Positions 24,911 to 37,391 are shown, counted from the stretch's first letter. The stretch is 64,000 nt of DNA from Camelus dromedarius (GCF_036321535.1 NC_087436.1:114578001-114642000); one strand, 5' to 3'. The notes: a model not told the origin generated them from the sequence alone. Translations and numbers: made by a program.

Positions 24911-25118
24911 TCCACTTCTTTTCATCTTGTTATAGGTAAGTCTTAAGCCAATTCAAGGATAACTTTCCATTTGGAATTTAATGTTGGCTCTTTTTTGCAA
25001 TTAAAAAAAATCTCTTAGTAACTCATTTTAAAGTTTCTTGAAATTGGAGTTCCACTCCCATATTTTGGTGTTTGTTTCCATGCTGAGAGGATCTAAATAA
25101 CTGAAAAATATTAGAGCT

Positions 25119-25472
25119 TGTGTTAGTCTGTCAGGGCTGCCATAACAAGGTACCTCAATGGAAATTCATTTTCTTGCCGTTCTAGAGGCTAGAAGTCTGA
25201 GATCAAGGTGCCTGCAGAGTTGATTTGTGGATGACTGCCTTCTCCTTTTGTCTTCACATGGTCTGTCTTTCTTGCATGTCTGTCTGAATCTCCTCTTAGA
25301 AGGATACCATTCATACTGAATTAGGGCCCATCCATATGACCTCAATTTTACCTTAATTGCTTCTTTAAAGATAATTACTGTCTTCAAGTAAAGTCATATT
25401 CTGAGCAGCTGGGGATTAAGAGCTTCAGCATATAAATTTGAGGGGTGGCAGGGTTGACACAATTCAGCCCAG
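25119..25472 (-). mobile_element. MLT1 (ERVL-MaLR) solo LTR
   Basis: tgtgttagtctgtcagggctgccataacaa...ttctagaggctagaagtctgagatcaaggtg...gacacaattcagccc. Confidence 0.9.
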
Positions 25473-25895
25473 AGAAAAACCATTATGGTTTAAAACATTA
25501 GAAGTAAATCTCAAAGAATCATTGAAGTTAGAGCTAGAATAATCTAGAAATCTTCTAATTTTTTACTTACTAATAAGGAAATAGAAATAAGAGCTCTTTT
25601 GAATACATTATGAAAATCAGTGGGAATTATATTTGTAGACCATCTTTAAATATTTACTATATAAAAATGTGGATTGCTGTGTGTCAGATAATATATTTGA
25701 ATTTTTTTGTTATTAGAAGAAGCAAATACACATACTATACAAATTAAGGGAGAATGCTTCTAAAAGTAAATGATGTCCTTATTTCTGTTCTCTTCTAGTA
25801 CTTCTAAAGTTATAATGGAAGCCAAAGGAAGGGTGAAAGTGAGTTGATTTACACAAATAGAATATCACGGGTGACTTTTAGAACCATACGGGCTG

Positions 25896-26921
25896 TACAT
25901 TGGAGACTTTGTGGGTTCTGTTCCAGACCACCACAGTAAAATGAGTCATATACATTTTTTAGTTTCCCAGTGCATATAAAAGTTATGTTTATACTATACT
26001 GTAGTCTGTTAAGTGTGCAATAGTATTATGTCTGAAAAAACAATGTACATACCTTAATTAAAATATTTTATTGCTAAAAATACTAATTATCATCTGAGCC
26101 TTCAGGAAGTCATCATCTTTTTGCTGGTGAAAGACCTTGCCTCATAGTTGAAGGCTGCTGACTAATCAGAGCAGTGGTTGCTGAAGGTTGGGGTATCTGT
26201 GGCAAATCTTAAAATAAGACAAGAATGAAGTTTGCCTCATTGATTGACTCTTCCTTTCAGAAAGGATCTCCCTGTTGCATGCAATGCTGTTTGATAGCAT
26301 TTTACCAACAGTAGAACTTCTTTCCTCAGCCATAAACAAAGAATGAAATTCTGTCACTTACAGCAACGTGGATGGAGAATATTATGCTTAGTGAAATAAG
26401 TGAGACAGAGAAAAACAAATAAATACTATATGATATCACTTATATAGGGAATGTTAAAAATAATACAAATAAGTGTGTATGTGAAACATAAACAGACTCA
26501 CAGATACAGAAAACAAACTTGTGGTTACCAAAGGGGAGAGGAAGGGAGGAGAGACAAATTAAGGATATAGGATTAACAGATACACGCTACTATATATAAA
26601 ATAAATAAGCAATAAGGATTTACTGTATAGCATTGGGAATTATACCCATTATCTTATAATTACCTATGATAGAATATAATCTTCAAAAATACTGATTACT
26701 GGGCTGTAGACCTGAAACTTACACAATATAGTAGATCAGCTGTACGTCAATAAAAACAACAACAACAACAACAACAGATAAAGTTAGTTACCTGACCAAA
26801 AGAAAATGGAGTCAATTCTCTCAAACCTGGCTTTATCAACTCGGTTTGTGTAATGTTCTAAATCCTTTGTTATCATTTCAACAGTCTTCACAGCATCTTC
26901 CCCAGGAGTAGATTACATCTT
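25896..26921 (-). mobile_element. Tigger1 DNA transposon 3' portion, interrupted by an L1
   Basis: Terminal ggttctgttccagaccacc..; track ORF 26166..26357 has KMLSNSIACNREILSERKSQSMRQTSFLSYFK (Tigger1 transposase C-terminus); element resumes at 26803. Confidence 0.88.
26325..26776 (+). mobile_element. L1 3' fragment nested in Tigger1, with (AAC)n tail
   Basis: ctcagccataaa..gaatgaaattctg..cttagtgaaataag..aataaaa(aac)n. Confidence 0.9.
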
Positions 26922-27064
26922 AGTTTTATGAAGAGAGTTTCAAAAATTAGAAATAATAAGAAAAACTCAATAATGGATCAGTTCATTCAGAGTATCAGAT
27001 CTATGGGGAATTCTGATAATTTGGATCATGAGGCTGAGCCATTTTCTTACACCATGCATACCTT

Positions 27065-27950
27065 TTTTTTAATTGAAGTATAGTCAGTTTATAATGTTAT
27101 GTTATAGTGTCAATTTCTGGTGTACAGCATAATAATTCAGTCATACATATACATACATATATTTGTTTTCAAATCCTTTTCATTATAGGTTACTACAAGA
27201 TATTGAATATAGTTCCCTGTGCTATACAGTATAAACTTGTTGTTTTTCTATTTTATGTATAGTAATTAGTATCTGCAAATCTCAAACTCCCAATTTATCC
27301 CTTCTCACCGTCTTCTCCCCAGTAACCAGAAGTTTATTTTCTATGTCTGTGAGTCTCTTTCTGTTTTGTAAATAAGTAGTTTGTCTTTTTTTTTTTTTTT
27401 TTTTAGATTCCACATATAAGTGATATCATATGGTATTTTTCTTTCTCTTTCTGGCTTACTTCACTTAGAATGACAATCTTGACGTCCATCTGTGTTGCTG
27501 CAAATGGCATTATTTTATTCTTTTTTATGGTAGAGTAGTATTCCATTGTATAAATATACCACAACTTCTTTATCCAATCATCTGTTGATGGACATTTAGG
27601 TTGTTTCCATGTCTTGGCTATTGTAAATAGTGCTGCTGTGAACATTGGGGTGCATGTGTCTTTTTGAATTTAAGTTCCCTCAGGAGTGGAACTATATATG
27701 GTAAGTTTATTTTGAGTGTTTTGAGGAATTTCCATACTGTTTTCCATAACGGCTGAACCAAACTACATTCCCACTCACAGTGTAGGAGGGTTCCCTTTTC
27801 TCCACACCCTCTCCAGTATTTATTGTTTGTGGCCTTTTTAATGATGGCCATTCTGACTAGTTTGAGGTGATACATCATTGTAGTTTAGATTTGCATTTCT
27901 CTGATAATTAGCGATGTTGAGCATTTTTTCATGTGCCTATTTGCCATTTG
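27065..27950 (-). mobile_element. 5'-truncated L1 with 17-bp TSD
   Basis: Track ORF 27403..27645 ([20 protein letters not shown]); TSD tacaccatgcatacctt (27048-27064) / tacaccatccatatctt (27951-27967). Confidence 0.95.
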
Positions 27951-29609
27951 TACACCATCCATATCTTGATTTCATGCAGAACAAGGAAGACAAGGACAAT
28001 GTTGATTAAAAAACACACAAACTGAAATTTTCTTTTTGGAGACTGGTCTTGAAAATCCTACTGTCTGAAGTACGTGTTGTGCCTGTAGGTTGAAAATATT
28101 CTCATTAGTCATAATCTTGAGAGTAAAGGTTACCAAGACTAAAACTAATACTAAAATATTTTAAAGGTCAGCCAAATGTTTTGATTAATGCTGTTGAATA
28201 CCATGAGCATAATCTCATCAACTCAAGTAAAGTAATATGTTTATTTAGCAAACATCTATTGAGGGCCCATTTTGTCCAGGAATTGTGCTAAATACTAGGA
28301 ATACAAAAATAATAAGATAAGGTCCCTACCTTTAAAGACCAGATAGTTTTCAAGATATAGTCATTAAATTATGAGGTAGGTTGGATTTATAAAATTAAAA
28401 ATGGATAGTCACCATTTTATGGACAGGCATGGAAAGGTAAGTTATTAAATGGGAATCAAGGTCAAGGATCAGCACCATGTGCAGATATGTGGAATAAAAG
28501 TCAAAGTCATAGATGTGGGTGAAGCATCACTTGGGGTCTTATAAAAGCATTTAATTTTCATCCTCATGATTCTCATTATATGATGGTCTCAATTCATATT
28601 CCCCTCCTTAGAGATTCTTTCCCAAGGCTGCATCCTCATTTGTGCACAGATCCTATCACATTGGATCAGACTAGGTGGTAACCTGAGGTTAAGAAGAGGA
28701 TGAATTCTGTTCTGCTCCTCTCTTCCCCTGTAAGACTTTTTTCATTGAATCTTTATGAAAGTCTTACAGGATTTTTTCTTCAAAATATGGGAATATCAAA
28801 GAGGGGTTCTCTAGGTTGGAACTAAGCAGTCAGACACATTTTTGCCCTCTTCAGTTTGAATATTATCTCAAGTTTAAATCACCAGAGATAATAAATTTGA
28901 AAATAATACGATGGTTATAAAACTTGAGTTGAAGTTGTCAGTGTGACATTTTTAATCAAATCTTCCCTTAAACCCAAGCTTTAATTGCATTTTCTTTTAT
29001 ATTCCATATAAATATAAATACAAGCTGGTGTTGAGAGGGAATGGAGGGGGAAAGTAGTACCTCAGAGTGATAATCCTATGAGGGTAATCATTTGTGTATT
29101 GTTTAGAATTGATGCTGCTCCAAAGTATGACTATCAATTTTGTCTTGCCACAGAACTCTGTGTACATGTATTAAGTTTTAAACAAACAAACAAAATGTCC
29201 TTAACTACCAGGACCTATATAAAAGCCAAGGACTGCCAGAGGTTAAAAGTTTCTATTAATTCTCCTAAAATGCCAAATTCATCATTGAAAAAAATGTATA
29301 TAGACCAAATTTGGCTTTCTTCAAGAATTCCTCCTGCTCATTTGCATATAAACACACGCATGCACTCTGCTCTAAAGTAGGATCTTGAGTGCTTTTCGTG
29401 ATGCTAGAGATTGAAATTGCTAATGTTGAAGTTTCTGAAATACAAAAATCTGTATTAAATTACTGTTAAGGATTGACGGATTTGAGGAACACATCATTTG
29501 CTGACATAGTTTTATATGGGATTTAGTCCTTAATTTTAGTAATAGCCAAGGGCGCTTAATTCCAGAACCAATTGCCTGCTTGTTGATATTCTTTAAAAAA
29601 ATTTTTTAT

Positions 29610-31528
29610 TGGAGTTTTTATTTTTTTAGAGCAGTTTAAGGTTCACAACAAAATCAAGGTGAAGATACAGAGGTTTCCCATGTACTCCTGCCCTCACATA
29701 TGTATAGCCCTCTCCATAAGTATTAACAACCCCTGCCGCCACCAGAATGGTACATTTGTTACAGTTGATGAACCTTTAGTGGTTCATCGTAATCACCCAG
29801 GGTCCATAGTTTACATAGGATTCACTCTTGTTGTTACACATTCTAAACATTTGGGTAAACATATAATAGCGTGTGTCCATCATTATGATGTCATATGGAG
29901 TATTTTTACTGCCCTAGAAATCCTCTGTGTTCCACCTATCCATCCCCTCACCCCAATTCCTGGCAACCACTGAATTTTTTACTGTCTCTATAGTTTGCCT
30001 TTTCCAGAACGTTGTATAGTTTGAATCATGTAGTATGTAGCCTTTTCATATTGTTTTCTTTTACTTAGTATATGCATTTAAAGCTCCTCCATGGCTTTTC
30101 ATGGCTTGATGGCTCATTTTTTTTAGTGCAGTTTATTTATCCATTCACCTACTGAAGGACATCTTGGTTGCTTCTAAGTTTTGGTAGTTATGAATAAAGC
30201 TGCTATAAACATCGGTGTGTAGGTTTTTGTGTGGATATGTGTTTTCAGGTCATTTAGGTAGTTAACAAAGAGTACAATTGCTACATCCTATGGTAAGAGT
30301 GTATTTAGTTTTCGAAGAAACTGCCTAATTGTCTTCCAAAAGGACTACACCAGTTTGCATTTCCACCAACCCAACGTTGTATGAGAGTTCCTGACACTGC
30401 AGTCTTGCTGGCATTTGCTGTTGTCAGTGTTCCAGATTTTGGCCATTCTGGTAGGTTGCGGTGGTATGTCACTGTTGTTTTCATTTCCATTTCACCAGAT
30501 GACAGGGAACATCTTTTCATATGCTATTTGCCGTCTGTAAATCTTTGAGAAGATCTGGCTTGTCTTCTCATTCTCTTGACCTTGTCTTTCCCAGAGCAAA
30601 AGTTAATTTTAACTAAGTCTAGCTTATCAATTTTTTTTCTCTCATGGATTGTGCCTTTGGTGTTATATCTAAGAGGGTATCACCATATCCAAGGTCATCT
30701 AGGTTTTCTCCTATGTTATCTTCCAAGAGTTTTATATTTTTGTGTTTTGCATATAGTTCCACAATCCATTTTGAGTTAATTTTTGTGAAAGTTAAGATCT
30801 GTGTCTAGATTCTTTTTTTTTCTTTTTTTTTTTTTTTTGCATATGAATGTCCAGTTTTTCCATCACCAATAATTGAAAAGACTGTCTTTGCTCCATTGCA
30901 TTATCTTTGCTCTGTCGTCAAAGGTCAGTTGCTTATATTTATTTGGGTCTATTTCTGGTCTCTATATTCTGTTCCATTCATCTATTTGTTGTTTTGCCGT
31001 ACCACGTGATCTTGATTACTGGAACTTTATAGTAAGTCTTGAGGTTGGATAGTGCCAGTTCTCTAACTTTGTTTTTCTCTTTCTGTATTGTCTTGGCTAT
31101 TCTGAGTTTCTTGCTTCTCTGTGTAAACTTTAGAATAGGTTTGTCAATATCCACAAAATAACATGTTGGGATTTTGATTGGGATTGCATTGAATCTATAG
31201 CTCAAGTTGGATAGAACTAATGTCTTGACAATATTGAGTCTTCCTATCCATGAACATGGAATAGCTCACCATTTGCTTAGTTCTTTCCATTTATTTAGTT
31301 CTTCTTTGATTTTGTTTATCAGAGTTTTGTAGTTTTTCTCTACATGTACATTTCCTTAAAGATGTAGACCTTGTACATATTTTGTTAGATTTATACCATG
31401 GTATTTCATTTTTTTGATGTATTAATGTAAATGGCTTAATGTTTTTAATTTCAAATTTTAATTGTTCATTGCTGGTATATAGGAATGTATTGTTTTTTAT
31501 ATATTAATCTTGTATCCTGCAACCTTGT
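29610..31528 (-). mobile_element. L1MC-like 3' UTR and ORF2 fragment
   Basis: ttagagcagtttaaggttcaca 3' end; track ORF 30978..31205 has YRFNAIPIKIP. Confidence 0.92.
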
Positions 31529-31639
31529 GGATATTCTTGATGAAATTGAAGTAATTTCAAAGAATCCCTTAAAAGTACCGTGTCTTACTGTAGCTATAGA
31601 ATATTTCATAGAATGTTACTTGTCTGATTTTAGTATTAA

Positions 31640-32200
31640 GTATGATATTCCTGAAGCTAGTTGAAGAGAATGTTCCAAGGAGGGAGGAATTCAAGTATGT
31701 CAAATGCTGCTGATAGGTAAGTAGAAAGAGGAACAATACTTAACTATTGGCTTTAGCAACAATTCGTTGTTTATCTTTTGGTGAAGTTGTGAGGACAAAA
31801 GTGAGATTAGAATTAATAAGTATAGGTGATTCTTCTGAGGAGTATGCTGTAAAGAAAGCAGAGAAATGGAAGGGGGAGTGGGGTCAAGAGTTTTTAAATT
31901 GTTTTTGCTTTTTATTTTTAGGATAGGAGAAATATGTTTGCTGATAGAAACGAAATAGTAGCATGAGTAAAATTGGTGATTTAGGAGAGAGATGTTAGAA
32001 TTGCTGGAGTGATGTCATTAAGTAGTAGAGAGAGGATAGGATTTAGTATACAAATAAATGGTTTGACTTTAAATAGGAGCATGGATTCATACTAACAGGA
32101 GTATAGACAACTGCCTATACTGTGTTTGATGTGTAGATCTGGTGACATGCAGAAGGTCTTTTGACTGTTTCTAGTTTCTCAGTGAAATGGGAAGCACAGT
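31640..32200 (-). mobile_element. L2 fragment
   Basis: gagaatgttccaaggaggga..tgtcaaatgctgctgatagg. Confidence 0.65.
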
Positions 32201-32204
32201 CTTT

Positions 32205-32606
32205 GTTGTGGGTTAAATTGTTTCCCCCTAAAAGCTATGTTGAAATCCTAACCTCCAGAACCTGTGAGTGTGACTTATTTGGAAACAGAGTCTCTGCAGA
32301 TGTAATCAAGTTAAGATGAGTCATACTTAATTAGGGTTGACTGATATCCTTATTAGGAGAGAGAAATTTGGACAGAGACTCAGACACTTAAAAAAGAAAG
32401 CCATGTGAGAATGGAGGCAGAGATCAGAGTGATGGAGCTACAAGCCAAGGAATGCCAAGGTTTGCTGGTAGCCATAAGAAATTAAGAGGCAATAAAGGAT
32501 TCTTTTCAAGGGCCTTCAGAGGGCATATGGCCCTGCCAATACTTTGATTTCTGGCTTCCAGCCTCCAGAACTGAGAGAGAATAAATTTCTATTGTTTCAA
32601 GCCACC
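32205..32606 (+). mobile_element. MLT1 (ERVL-MaLR) solo LTR
   Basis: tgttgtgggttaaattgtttcccc..tgcagatgtaatcaagttaagatgag..cagcctccagaactgagagagaataaatttct..ggaaaccaatac. Confidence 0.92.
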
Positions 32607-32984
32607 TATTTTGTGGTACTTTGAGCACCCCTTGGAAACCAATACTAGTCTTCAACTAGAAGTGAGAATGGGGGAAGGCTTGATGTTTTGATTTCTCATG
32701 GATGTTTTTTAAACTTTTCTTTCTTTGACCTAAGACTTCTTATAATATCGGGCTTCCCTGACACTTCTATTGGCTGATGGGTAGAATGTTTCTAGGTTGT
32801 TTTTAAAGGACAGAGCATTTTTTGGTTCTAGTTTTCTGACCTTCTTGCAATTCCACACACATGCCAGTAGGATTTAGAAGAGCTGGTTGCAGCACCCAGA
32901 ACTGATAGACCCTCCCCTCCCCTACCATGGCCACTGTAGAATCAGTTTATGATTATTGCTCTGGTTTTTTTTAAACGTTCTTAT

Positions 32985-33690
32985 AAAAATTGTTTAACAT
33001 ACAGAAAAGTTGAAAGAATTTTATAGTAAACACCAGTGTATACTCACTGTCTAAAGCAAAAGTTCAACAAACTTTTCTGAAAAGAGCCAGATAGTAAATA
33101 TTTTATGACTTGCAAGACATACAGCATCTGTTGTAACTATTTACCTGTCCCATTGCAGTAATCAGTCCGGCCATGGACAGTATGTAAATAAATGAATGTG
33201 GCTGTGTTCCAATAAAACTTTATTTATAGATACTGAAATTTGAATTTTGTATTTCATATGTTATGAATTATTCTTCTTTTCATTTAGTTTCAACTTTTTA
33301 AAAATGTAAAAACTATTCTTAGTTCATGGGCCATAAGAAGGTGGCAGATCAGATTTGGCCCACAGACTATAGTTTGCTGACTTCTGATCTAGAGTTTATA
33401 GTGAACATTCTGCTATGTTTGCTTTATCACATACCTGTCCATCTACCTATCCCTCTGTCATCTAGCAGTCATCTGTATTTTGATGCATTTCAAAGTTAGT
33501 TGCAGACACTACACTTTACACCTAAATATTTCATTGTACATATCATTACTTAGAGTTCAGTTTTTTGTGTGTGGTAAAATTTACTTACAGTGAAATTAAA
33601 AAAAAATTAAGTGTACCTTTTGCTGATTTTGACAAGTCATGCACCTATATAACCTATATCCTTATCAAGATATAGAATATTACCATCCCA
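32985..33690 (-). mobile_element. L1ME-like 3' fragments, interrupted by a MER58
   Basis: aacatacagaaaagttgaaagaa..; ttgcagacact..cctaaatatttca; ..atcaagatatagaatatt. Confidence 0.65.
33057..33386 (-). mobile_element. MER58B-like hAT-Charlie MITE
   Basis: gccagatagtaaatatttta..tggctgtgttccaataaaactttattta..atagtttgctgacttctg; flanks gtctaaag / atctagag. Confidence 0.88.
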
Positions 33691-34296
33691 GAGGAGCTCA
33701 CCCTTCCTCAGTGCCCTCCACATCCTACCGCAGCCTTCGCCGCAGCCACAAGGCTGAAATGAAACAGAATGAGCAGCAGCTGTTGCCACTGCCGCAGCCT
33801 CCCCTGCCGGAGTGGGAAGAGATCGCAGACACCACGAATGGGATGCGTGTGTTTTTTTCCCTTGTCCTTCATCGTCTTTATTGACTATTTTCTTGAGGGT
33901 TAACAGCTCTATGGCCTCACATTCATGTTTTTGGTTTCTTAGGATCTGTAGACTCTTATTCCTCTTTACATATAAAGATAGAATTTAATAGTATTAGTAA
34001 CTGATCTAGATTTAAAAATTTATGATAAAGGGTGTTGTTGAATTTTCTTAGCCATTCTTACCTTGAATTTGAGGACAAACTTCACAGTTTGCAGTAGATT
34101 TCACGCTGACCGTAGAGTATTGGTAGCATATTGACAATCAGTCTTCTCCCATGGGTATACAGACAAGCAGTAACTGAGACCCCTGTCCACTGTGGAAGTT
34201 AGGAAGGAGTTTATCACTGTACAGCTGATCTTTCTTTTTCTCTTTATGCCTTTATGACAGCTTAAGGTTATGTGAGGGCACTGACCTGTTTCTCTC

Positions 34297-34954
34297 TGTG
34301 GTGACATTGTGCTGGGTCAACTTGGCTAACCAGAAATACATTTCCCAGAATTTCCTTCTCTGTATTGTTCAGTTAGCATTGATCACAAAAGACATTTTCT
34401 GGAAGACTTTTAAGAGGGAAGTGAATTGGCCAGCATGCTTTTTGACTCTCTGAGGGTCAGTGCTGAGTACCAGGCACTGTGGCAGCTCTCACGCCGCATC
34501 ACTGATTTGCTAGCTCACTTTGTAGGTCTGGGGTAGCACGTGGACTTCAGTTCCTTCAGCTCCTGCCAGATTTCCCCCTTCCGCATCTCTGAATATGTGC
34601 CGTGCGCGTATAGCTCCCAGGTGAAGGGTGCATGCTTCTCCTGTACGTCACCTTTGGTGTCAGGGTTGGGTTGGTGATAGACTGATGCCAAGTTTGGTTT
34701 GTCGTTGCCAGTTCCTGTCATCCTTACAGGTTCCAGTCTGCTCTTGCTCTTCTCCTTATCCAGTTCCCTTGCTGCCTGCTGGCCTGAGGCTGACCTATAG
34801 TGACTTCAGGGTTAAGACTAGATGCAGAGGCAACAGCCTGCACCTACCACTCCTGCAACTCTCACAGCTGAGTAAGATCCGACCACTGTAATAAATCTCT
34901 CTTCTTTATCACCCATACCGGTTCTGCCTCTTTGAACTGAACCCTAATTGATAT
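34297..34954 (+). mobile_element. ERVL solo LTR (LTR41-like)
   Basis: tgtggt..gtcaacttggctaa..tacatttcccagaatt start; aataaa at about 34890; ERVL-type end ggttctgcctct..gaaccctaattgatata. Confidence 0.75.
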
Positions 34955-36659
34955 ACCCTACCTATTCCAGGGTTCATGCTAGAAACTTTTCATATTTGAT
35001 CATGTATTTAGAGAGTTATTTCTAACAGTTCATTTTGTCTTCCAGAAATTTTTCTGTTTCTCTCCTAATCTTGGCACCTTTTCCTTATTTAATGCTGCTG
35101 TGTATTCTCATGTTTAATATTTGATCTGACATATCAGTGGTATTTTGAACCTTTAATAGTTTGGATTAAAAGTCCTAATTGTGCTTAAATACTAGTTTTA
35201 AAAACACTTAAGTAGACATAACAATCTTTTAAAAATAGTTGAAGTCTTTTTACCATAAAGACCCACTTAACAAAACAGTGAGCTGGAAGCATACAAAAAA
35301 ACCCAAAGAAGTTTTTACATTTAAATGGCCTAGAGTGAGATAGAAGTGTCATAAATTGGCATTATGACAGAAGCATAGTGAGAAGTGTTTGACAACCAAC
35401 AGTGAGACGTATTTTCACATTATGCTCCAGTTGTGTAATGTAATATGATGTGATCAATTATAAAGTAAGGTCTTGTACTTTTCTTTTTGGCAACTTTAAA
35501 GTTTGAACACCTGTTTCAGTGACATGCATTTTTTCATTGCAATTGGTTAGTGTATGTTTTGCTTTTATCATGTTTATTTAATATCAAAGATAGTATATTT
35601 TTGACTTTTGCAGTTGACTTTTTTGTTGGCAATAGACAGGATTACTTAACCATTCGGGTTATTTGATGCCACTTTTGGCTCCAAATGAGACTTTGTTATA
35701 ATGCTTTATTTTCTTCTGCAACACTTGTGTATAAAAGACAGTATAATAAATAATTGTTGAATGAATTATGCCAGATAGAGAAGTCCAAAACTTTTATTAC
35801 ATTTTAGCAAAATAGATTTTAAATATTAGTGAAGTAATTTCATAACTTTATAAAGTACAAAATTACCATTGATATGGTTGTTTAAAAAAAAACACTTTTA
35901 TTTCCATGCATTTGTATTGCATATTGAAGTTTCAGCATAGTGAACTATTTCAAATATGTCACTTGTGTAATGCATTGTACAACACCAGTTTAAAGCTGAA
36001 TACCAAAGATGGTTGTATAATCGTGTTTCTTTCTTTATTCCATTGTCTTCTCTACACCTGCCATTTATACCCATAGAATTATAATATGATATGTTAATAT
36101 ATTGAGACTATGAGCTGAATGTTAGTGGAAATGAATGTTTTCTAGGTTTGCAATTAAGCTTATTCCTAGGGTCTCTTTTTTAACCATTAAAGATTATTGA
36201 TTGCTATTCTATATTTTAATAGGAATTGGTAAAATTGATTAAATTTTGTGTTTTTAGTCTTAGGTTCATGAATGAAGTTTTCCTCTTTGGAAAGAAGGTT
36301 TTTGTTAGGAATTATCTGGACTTGTGCCTTTTCCTTAAGTAATTCCTTTTTTTTTTTTTTTTAGAGGAAGCTTTTTTTTTTGGTCAGTTGTCTTATTATT
36401 TATTTATTTTTTGGTTTATTGACATATTGGGCTAGCACCATCTTCTGAGAGTTTGTTACATTACAGTTTAATAGTAAAGCCTAAGTGATATTTTATAATT
36501 AGGAAAATGCTTTTAGTTTTTATGAAAATTTTAAAAAATGTCTATAATCTGTTTGGTTAAAATGTGTTTTGATGACTGTAAAAACAAAACTACCTTAGAA
36601 CTTGACTTTGTTCCTACTGTTGTAAACATTTACACACATTCCGTTTCCTCTTGTAGTTG

Positions 36660-37070
36660 AAGTATTCATTCATTCATTCATTCATGAGTGCTTTTGATGT
36701 ACCAAGCACAGTGGTAGGAAAGACAGTATGATAGTGTTGTCCTAGAGTAATGTACTTGATATACAGGAGGACTTTACAGTAGAAGTAAATACTTAAACAG
36801 AATCTTAATATGCAGAAATGTGCCATACAGAGAAGGACAAGAAATAACAGTTCAGAAAGAAGTAAAAAAAAATGAATAATGCCTCAGAAGCTAGGAAATA
36901 GTCTAAAATATAAGAGAAATTTATATTTGTTGCAGCTGGAGCATAAGGTACAAGGCAGAAGGAGTTGAGAAACAGAGACAATATTTTAAGGAGTTTGGAT
37001 TTTCTCCTAAGAGCTATAGAAAGCTGCTAAGGGATTTTAAACAGAAGAACCATTTGAGCAGTGCTGTAGA
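36660..37070 (-). mobile_element. L2 3' fragment
   Basis: (ttca)n tail, gagtgctt; aaggagtttggattttctcctaagagc. Confidence 0.7.
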
Positions 37071-37071
37071 G

Positions 37072-37391
37072 CAAGGGTCAGCAGACTACAGCATGCTGCT
37101 TTTTTTGTGTGGCCAACTGCCTAAGAATGGTTTTTACATTTTTAAATGGTTAGAAGAAAATCAAAAGAAGGATAATATTTCCTGACACCTGAAAATTATA
37201 TGAAAATCAAATTTTAGTGTCCATAAATAGTTTTATTGGAACAGAGCCACACTCATCTGTTTGCATCTTGTCTGTAACTGCTTTTTCACTACAGCGGCAG
37301 AGTTGAGTAGCTGCTGTGAAGAACATATGACCTGCAAAGCCTGAAATATTTACTCTCTGGCCCTTTACAGAGAACGTTTTGCCAACACCTG
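37072..37391 (+). mobile_element. MER58B-like hAT-Charlie MITE
   Basis: caagggtcagcagactac..ttttattggaaca..aaatatttactctctggccctttacaga..tttgccaacacctg. Confidence 0.88.

Noticed and set aside
36347..36364. T16-AG strong acceptor
   Set aside because: No credible downstream donor within exon-definition distance
8808..37391. Inverted MER58 copies flanking exon 4 as circRNA drivers
   Set aside because: Short, old, diverged and about 28 kb apart
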